From Eledone cirrhosa (Eukaryota): a stretch of 64,000 bases of DNA. Shown piece after piece: positions 55,651-64,000 of the stretch. The DNA lies in the NCBI GenBank assembly GCA_964016885.1, contig OZ024742.1:17608001-17672000 (forward strand), read 5' to 3'. Under the pieces are notes generated by a model. That model saw only the letters and a program-made list of their open reading frames with translations. It searched no databases and was not told where the DNA came from. The position numbers and the translations under genes are program-made. The stretch's first letter is position 1. Every line of letters starts with the position of its first letter.

Positions 55651-57425
55651 GTGTGTGGTGGGTGTATGTCTATGTCCTGCCTGTGTGTATATGTATGTCT
55701 ATGTATGCGTGTGGTGGGTGTATGTCTAGCTCTGTTCTGCCTGTGTGTATATGTATGACTATGTATGTGTGTGGTGGGTGTATGTCTATGTCCTGCCTGT
55801 GTGTATATGTATGACTATGTATGTGTGTGGTGGGTGTATGTATATGTCCTGTCCGTGTGTATATGTATGACTGTGTATGTGTGTGGTGGGTGTATGTATA
55901 TGTCCTGCCCGTGTGTATATGTATGACTATGTATGTGTGTGGTGGGTGTATGTATATGTCCTGCCTGTGTGTATATGTATGACTATATATGTGTGTGGTG
56001 GGTGTATGTATATGTCCTGCCTGTGTGTATATGTATGACTATGTATGTGTGTAGTGGGTGTATGTCTATGTCCTGCCTGTGTGTATATGTATGACTATGT
56101 ATGTGTGTGGTGGGTGTATGTCTATGTCCTGCCTGTGTGTATATGTATGTCTATGTATGTGTGTGGTGGGTGTATGGATATGTCCTGCCTGTGTGTATAT
56201 GTATGTCTATGTATGTGTGTGGTGGGTGTATGTCTATGTCCTGCCTGTGTGTATATGTATGTCTATGTATGTGTGTGGTGGGTGTATGTATATGTCCTGC
56301 CTGTGTGTATATGTATGACTATATATGTGTGTGGTGGGTGTATGTCTATGTCCTGCCTGTGTGTATATGTATGTATATGTATGTGTGTGGTGGGTGTATG
56401 TCTATGTCCTGCCCGTGTGTATATGTATGACTATGTATGTGTGTGGTGGGTGTATGTCTAGCTATGTCCTGACTGTGTGTATATGTATGACTATGTATGT
56501 GTGTGGTGGGTGTATGTATATGTCCTGCCTGTGTGTATATGTATGACTATGTATGTGTGTGGTGGGTGTATGTCTAGCTATGTCCTGCCCGTGTGTATAT
56601 GTATGACTATGTATGTGTGTGGTGGGTGTATGTCTATGTCCTGCCTGTGTGTATATGTATGTCTATGTATGTGTGTGGTGGGTGTATGTCTATGTCCTGC
56701 CCGTGTGTATATGCATGTCTATGTATGTGTGTGGTGGGTGTATGTCTATGTCCTGCCCGTGTGTATATGTATGACTATGTATGTGTGTGGTGGGTGTATG
56801 TCTATGTCCTGCCCGTGTGTATATGTATGACTATGTATGTGTGTGGTGGGTGTATGTCTAGCTATGTTCTGCCTATGTGTATATGTATGACTATGTATGT
56901 GTGTGGTGGGTGTATGTCTATGTCCTGCCCGTGTGTATATGTATGACTATGTATGTGTGTGGTGGGTGTATGTCTAGCTATGTTCTGCCTATGTGTATAT
57001 GTATGTCTATGTATGTGTGTGGTGGGTGTATGTCTATGTCCTGCCCGTGTGTATATGCATGTCTATGTATGTGTGTGGTGGGTGTATGTCTATGTCCTGC
57101 CCGTGTGTATATGTATGACTGTGTATGTGTGTGGTGGGTGTATGTCTATGTCCTGCCTGTGTGTATATGTATGACTATGTATGTGTGTGGTGGGTGTATG
57201 TCTAGCTATGTTCTGCCTATGTGTATATGTATGACTATGTATGTGTGTGGTGGGTGTATGTCTAGCTATGTTCTGCCTATGTGTATATGTATGACTATGT
57301 ATGTGTGTGGTGGGTGTATGTCTAGCTCTGTCCTGCCTGTGTGTATATGTATGACTATGTATGTGTGTGGTGGGTGTATGTCTAGCTATGTTCTGCCTAT
57401 GTGTATATGTATGACTATGTATGTG
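55651..57425. repeat. 56/60-bp minisatellite, block 1
   Basis: Unit gtgtggtgggtgtatgtctatgtcctgcctgtgtgtatatgtatgactatgtatgt; variant with a 4-bp GCTA insert. Confidence 0.92.
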
Positions 57426-57768
57426 TTGCTCTGTTGGTGGTGGTGAAGGTGCCGGTTGCTCTGTTGGTGGTGGTGAAGGTGTCGGTAACTCTGTTGGTGG
57501 TGGTGAAGGTGACGGTAACTCTGTTGGTGGTGGTGAAGGTGGCGGTTGCTCTGTTGGTGGTGGTGAAGGTGTCGGTAACTCTGTTGGTGGTGGTGAAGGT
57601 GACGGTAACTCTGTTGGTGGTGGTGAAGGTGTCGGTAACTCTGTTGGTGGTGGTGAAGGTGACGGTAACTCTGTTGGTGGTGGTGAAGGTGGCGGTTGCT
57701 CTGTTGGTGGTGGTGAAGGTGTCGGTAACTCTGTTGGTGGTGGTGAAGGTGTCGGTAACTCTGTTGGT
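57426..57768. repeat. 30-bp GGT-rich minisatellite, second block (~11 units)
   Basis: Regular 30-bp period. Confidence 0.92.
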
Positions 57769-60700
57769 GTGTGGTGGGTGTATGTCTATGTCCTGCCTGT
57801 GTGTATATGTATGACTATGTATGTGTGTGGTGGGTGTATGTATATGTCCTGTCCGTGTGTATATGTATGACTGTGTATGTGTGTGGTGGGTGTATGTATA
57901 TGTCCTGCCCGTGTGTATATGTATGACTATGTATGTGTGTGGTGGGTGTATGTATATGTCCTGCCTGTGTGTATATGTATGACTATATATGTGTGTGGTG
58001 GGTGTATGTATATGTCCTGCCTGTGTGTATATGTATGACTATGTATGTGTGTGGTGGGTGTATGTCTAAGTCCTGCCTGTGTGTATATGTATGTCTATGT
58101 ATGTGTGTGGTGGGTGTATGTATATGTCCTGTCCGTGTGTATATGTATGACTATGTATGTGTGTAGTGGGTGTATGTCTATGTCCTGCCTGTGTGTATAT
58201 GTATGTCTATGTATGTGTGTGGTGGGTGTATGTATATGTCCTGCCTGTGTGTATATGTATGACTATGTATGTGTGTGGTGGGTGTATGTCTAGCTATGTC
58301 CTGCCTGTGTGTATATGTATGACTATGTATGTGTGTGGTGGGTGTATGTATATGTCCTGTCCGTGTGTATATGTATGTCTATGTATGTGTGTGGTGGGTG
58401 TATGTCTATGTCCTGCCTGTGTGTATATGTATGTCTATGTATGTGTGTGGTGGGTGTATGTCTATGTCCTGCCTGTGTGTATATGTATGTCTATGTATGT
58501 GTGTGGTGGGTGTATGTCTATGTCCTGCCTGTGTGTATATGTATGACTATGTATGTGTGTGGTGGGTGTATGTCTAGCTATGTCCTGCCTGTGTGTATAT
58601 GTATGACTATGTATGTGTGTGGTGGGTGTATGTCTATGTCCTGCCTGTGTGTATATGTATGACTATGTATGTGTGTGGTGGGTGTATGTATATGTCCTGC
58701 CTGTGTGTATATGTATGACTATGTATGTGTGGGGTGGGTGTATGTCTATGTATGTGTGTGGTGGGTGTATGTCTAGCTATGTCCTGCCTGTGTGTATATG
58801 TATGACTATGTATGTGTGTGGTGGGTGTATGTATATGTCCAGCCTGTGTGTATATGTATGACTATGTATGTGTGTGGTGGGTGTATGTCTATGTCCTGCC
58901 TGTGTGTATATGTATGTCTATGTATGTGTGTGGTGGGTGTATGGATATGTCCTGCCTGTGTGTATATGTATGTCTATGTATGTGTGTGGTGGGTGTATGT
59001 CTATGTCCTGCCCGTGTGTATATGTATGACTATGTATGTGTGTGGTGGGTGTATGTCTAGCTATGTCCTGCCTGTGTGTATATGTATGACTATGTATGTG
59101 TGTGGTGGGTGTATGTCTATGTCCTGCCTGTGTGTATATGTATGACTATGTATGTGTGTGGTGGGTGTATGTATATGTCCTGCCTGTGTGTATATGTATT
59201 ACTATGTATGTGTGTGGTGGGTGTATGTCTATGTCCTGCCCGTGTGTATATGTATGACTATGTATGTGTGTGGTGGGTGTATGTCTAGCTATGTCCTGCC
59301 TGTGTGTATATGTATGTCTATGTATGTGTGTGGTGGGTGTATGTCTATGTCCTGCCTGTGTGTATATGTATGACTATGTATGTGTGTGGTGGGTGTATGT
59401 ATATGTCCTGCCTGTGTGTATATGTATGACTATGTATGTGTGTGGTGGGTGTATGTCTAGCTATGTCCTGCCTGTGTGTATATGTATGACTATGTATGTG
59501 TGTGGTGGGTGTATGTCTATGTCCTGCCTGTGTGTATATGTATGACTATGTATGTGTGTGGTGGGTGTATGTCTATGTCCTGCCTGTGTGTATATGTATG
59601 ACTATGTATGTGTGTGGTGGGTGTATGTATATGTCCTGCCTGTGTGTATATGTATGACTATGTATGTGTGTGGTGGGTGTATGTCTAGCTATGTCCTGCC
59701 TGTGTGTATATGTATGACTATGTATGTGTGTGGTGGGTGTATGTCTATGTCCTGCCTGTGTGTATATGTATGACTATGTATGTGTGTGGTGGGTGTATGT
59801 CTATGTCCTGCCTGTGTGTATATGTATGACTATGTATGTGTGTGGTGGGTGTATGTCTATGTCCTGCCTGTGTGTATATGTATGACTATGTATGTGTGTG
59901 GTGGGTGTATGTCTAGCTCTGTCCTGCCTGTGTGTATATGTATGCCTATGTATGTGTGTGGTGGGTGTATGTCTATGTCCTGGCCGTGTGTATATGTATG
60001 ACTATGTATGTGTGTGGTGGGTGTATGTATATGTCCAGCCTGTGTGTACATGTATGACTATGTATGTGTGTGGTGGGTGTATGTCTAGCTATGTCCTGCC
60101 TGTGTGTATATGTATGACTATGTATGTGTGTGGTGGGTGTATGTCTATTTCCTGCCTGTGTGTATATGTATGACTATGTATGTGTGTGGTGGGTGTATGT
60201 ATATGTCCTGCCTGTGTGTATATGTATGACTATGTATGTGTGTGGTGGGTGTATGTCTAGCTCTGTCCTGCCTGTGTGTATATGTATGCCTATGTATGTG
60301 TGTGGTGGGTGTATGTCTATGTCCTGCCTGTGTGTATATGTATGTCTATGTATGTGTGTGGTGAGTGTATGTCTATGTCCTGCCTGTGTGTATATGTATG
60401 ACTATGTATGTGTGTGGTGGGTGTATGTATATGTCCAGCCTGTGTGTACATGTATGACTATGTATGTGTGTGGTGGGTGTATGTATATGTCCTGCCTGTG
60501 TGTATATGTATGACTATGTATGTGTGTGGTGGGTGTATGTATATGTCCTGCCTGTGTGTATATGTATGACTATGTATGTGTGTGGTGGGTGTATGTATAT
60601 GTCCTGCCTGTGTGTATATGTATGACTATGTATGTGTGTGGTGGGTGTATGTCTAGCTCTGTCCTGCCTGTGTGTATATGTATGACTATTTATGTGTGTG

Positions 60701-63700
60701 ATGGGTGTATGTATATGTCCTGCCTGTGTGTATATCTATGACTATTTATGTGTGTGATGGGTGTATTTATATGTCCTGCCTGTGTGTATATGTATGACTA
60801 TTTATGTGTGTGGTGGGTGTATGTATATGTCCTGCCTGTGTGTATATGTATGACTATGTATGTGTGTGGTGGGTGTATGTATATGTCCTGCCTGTGTGTA
60901 TATGTATGTCTATGTATGTGTGTGGTGGGTGTATGTCTATGTCCTGCCTGTGTGTATATGTATGACTATGTATGTGTGTGGTGGGTGTATGTATATGTCC
61001 TGCCTGTGTGTATATGTATGTCTATGTATGTGTGTGGTGGGTGTATATCTATGTCCTGCCTATGTGTATATGTATGACTATGTATGTGTGTGGTGGGTGT
61101 ATGTATATGTCCTGATTATGTGTATATGTATGACTATGTATGTCTGTGGTGGGTGTATGTATATGTCCTGCCTGTGTGTATATGTATGACTATGTATGTG
61201 TGTGGTGGGTGTATGTCTAGCTCTGTCCTGCCTGTGTGTATATGTATGACTATGTATGTGTGTGGTGGGTGTATGTCTAGCTCTGTCCTGCCTGTGTGTA
61301 TATGTATGACTATGTATGTGTGTGGTGGGTGTATGTCTATGTCCTGCCTGTGTGTATATGTATGACTATGTATGTGTGTGGTGGGTGTATGTATATGTCC
61401 TGATTATGTGTATATGTATGACTATGTATGTGTGTGGTGGGTGTATGTATATGTCCTGTCTGTGTGTATATGTATGATTATGTATGTGTGTGGTGGGTGT
61501 ATGTATATGTCCTGCCTGTGTGTATATGTATGTCTATGTATGTGTGTGGTGGGTGTATGTCTATGTCCTGCCTGTGTGTATATGTATGACTATGTATGTG
61601 TGTGGTGGGTGTATGTATATGTCCTGCCTGTGTGTATATGTATGTCTATGTATGTGTGTGGTGGGTGTATATCTATGTCCTGCCTATGTGTATATGTATG
61701 ACTATGTATGTGTGTGGTGGGTGTATGTATATGTCCTGATTATGTGTATATGTATGACTATGTATGTCTGTGGTGGGTGTATGTATATGTCCTGCCTGTG
61801 TGTATATGTATGACTATGTATGTGTGTGGTGGGTGTATGTCTAGCTCTGTCCTGCCTGTGTGTATATGTATGACTATGTATGTGTGTGGTGGGTGTATGT
61901 CTAGCTCTGTCCTGCCTGTGTGTATATGTATGACTATGTATGTGTGTGGTGGGTGTATGTCTATGTCCTGCCTGTGTGTATATGTATGACTATGTATGTG
62001 TGTGGTGGGTGTATGTCTATGTCCTGCCTGTGTGTATATGTATGACTATGTATGTGTGTGGTGGGTGTATGTCTATGTCCTGCCTGTGTGTATATGTATG
62101 ACTATGTATGTGTGTGGTGGGTGTATGTCTAGCTCTGTCCTGCCGGTGTGTATATGTATGTCTATGTATGTGTGTGGTGGGTGTATGTATATGTCGTGCC
62201 TGTGTGTATATGTATGACTATGTATGTGTGTGGTGGGTGTATGTATATGTCCTGCCTGTGTGTATATGTATGACTATGTATGTGTGTGATGGGTGTATGT
62301 CTAGCTATGTCTTGCCTGTGTGTATATGTATGACTATGTATGTGTGTGGTGGGTGTATGTCTAGCTCTGTCCTGCCTGTGTGTATATGTATGACTATGTA
62401 TGTGTGTGGTGGGTGTATGTCTAGCTATGTCCTGCCTGTGTGTATATGTATGACTATGTATGTGTGTGGTGGGTGTATGTCTATGTCCTGCCTGTGTGTA
62501 TATGTATGACTATGTATGTGTGTGATGGGTGTATGTCTAGCTATGTCTTGCCTGTGTGTATATGTATGACTATGTATGTGTGTGGTGGGTGTATGTCTAG
62601 CTATGTCCTGCCTGTGTGTATATGTATGATGATGTATGTGTGTGGTGGGTGTATGTCCATGTCCTGCCTGTGTGTATATGTATGTCTATGTATGTGTGTG
62701 ATGGGTGTATGTCTAGCTATGTCCAGCCTGTGTGTATATGTATGACTATGTATGTGTGTGGCGGGTGTATGTCTATGTCCTGCCTGTGTGTATATATATG
62801 ACTATGTATGTGTGTGGTGGGTGTATGTCTAGCTCTGTCCTGCCTGTGTGTATATGTATGACTATGTATGTGTGTGGTGGGTGTATGTCTATGTCCTACC
62901 TATGTGTATATGTATGACTATGTATGTGTGTGGTGGGTGTATGTCTATTTCCTGCCTGTGTGTATATGTATGTCTATGTATGTGTGTGGTGGGTGTATGT
63001 ATATGTCCTGCCTGTGTGTATATGTATGCCTATGTATGTGTGTGGTGGGTGTATGTCTATGTCCTGGCCGTGTGTATATGTATGACTATGTATGTGTGTG
63101 GTGGGTGTATGTATATGTCCAGCCTGTGTGTACATGTATGACTATGTATGTGTGTGGTGGGTGTATGTCTAGCTATGTCCTGCCTGTGTGTATATGTATG
63201 ACTATGTATGTGTGTGGTGGGTGTATGTATATGTCCTGCCTGTGTGTATATGTATGACTATGTATGTGTGTGGTGGGTGTATGTATATGTCCTGCCTGTG
63301 TGTATATGTATGACTATGTATGTGTGTGGTGGGTGTATGTCTAGCTCTGTCCTGCCTGTGTGTATATGTATGTATATGTATGTGTGTGGTGGGTGTATGT
63401 CTATGTCCTGCCTGTGTGTATATGTATGTATATGTATGTGTGTGGTGGGTGTATGTCTATGTCCTGCCTATGTGTATGACTATGTATGTGTGTGGTGGGT
63501 GTATGTCTATCTCCTGCCTGTGTGTATATGTATGACTATGTATGTGTGTGGCGGGTGTATGTCTATGTCCTGCCTGTGTGTATATGTATGACTATGTATG
63601 TGTGTGGTGGGTGTATGTATATGTCCTGCCTGTGTGTATATGTATGACTATGTATGTGTGTGGTGGGTGTATGTCTATGTCCTACCTGTGTGTATATGTA

Positions 63701-64000
63701 TGACTATGTATGTGTGTGGTGGGTGTATGTATATGCCCTGCCTGTGTGTATATGTATGATTATGTATGTGTGTGGTGGGTGTATGTCTATGTCCTGCCTG
63801 TGTGTATATGTATGACTATGTATGTGTGTGGTGGGTGTATGTATATGCCCTGCCTGTGTGTATATGTATGATTATGTATGTGTGTGGTGGGTGTATGTAT
63901 ATGTCCTGGCCGTGTGTATATGTATGACTATGTATGTGTGTGGCGGGTGTATGTCTATGTCCTGCCTGTGTGTATATGTATGACTATGTATGTGTGTGGT
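57769..64000. repeat. 56/60-bp minisatellite, block 2 (runs off the window end)
   Basis: Same unit, more than 100 copies. Confidence 0.95.

Noticed and set aside
54460-63591. Gly/Val- and Cys/Val/Met-rich ORFs resembling structural proteins
   Set aside because: Minisatellite translations open in several frames; 56-bp units and indels break frame

Overview
Repeat-dense, AT-rich animal genomic DNA. Its mix of (TA)n/(AAT)n tracts, tRNA-derived SINEs, Dong/R4, Tx1, CR1, RTE and Penelope elements suggests a cephalopod such as octopus (inference). I found no convincing host gene, rRNA or tRNA. Real coding sequence is confined to retrotransposons: a full-length decayed Tx1/L1-type LINE (2.3-8.3 kb, -), a Dong/R4 element (9.2-12.8 kb, +), a near-intact CR1-type LINE (37.5-41.8 kb, -), two truncated Penelope-like elements (20.2-22.0 kb and 32.7-34.9 kb), and RTE and CRE fragments. 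Most other ORFs are simple-repeat artefacts. The standout feature is a ~6 kb tandem array at 45.7-51.8 kb of 475-603 bp units. Each unit carries a minimal type I hammerhead ribozyme on the minus strand (11 copies), an internal (TA)n tract and several hairpins, and some units have fold-back inversions. This fits a retrozyme-like, potentially circular-RNA-producing satellite. At least six further hammerhead or hammerhead-like motif types lie in Penelope-type termini and fold-back mini-elements inserted into (TA)n tracts. The last 9.5 kb is a composite 30-bp/56-bp minisatellite.
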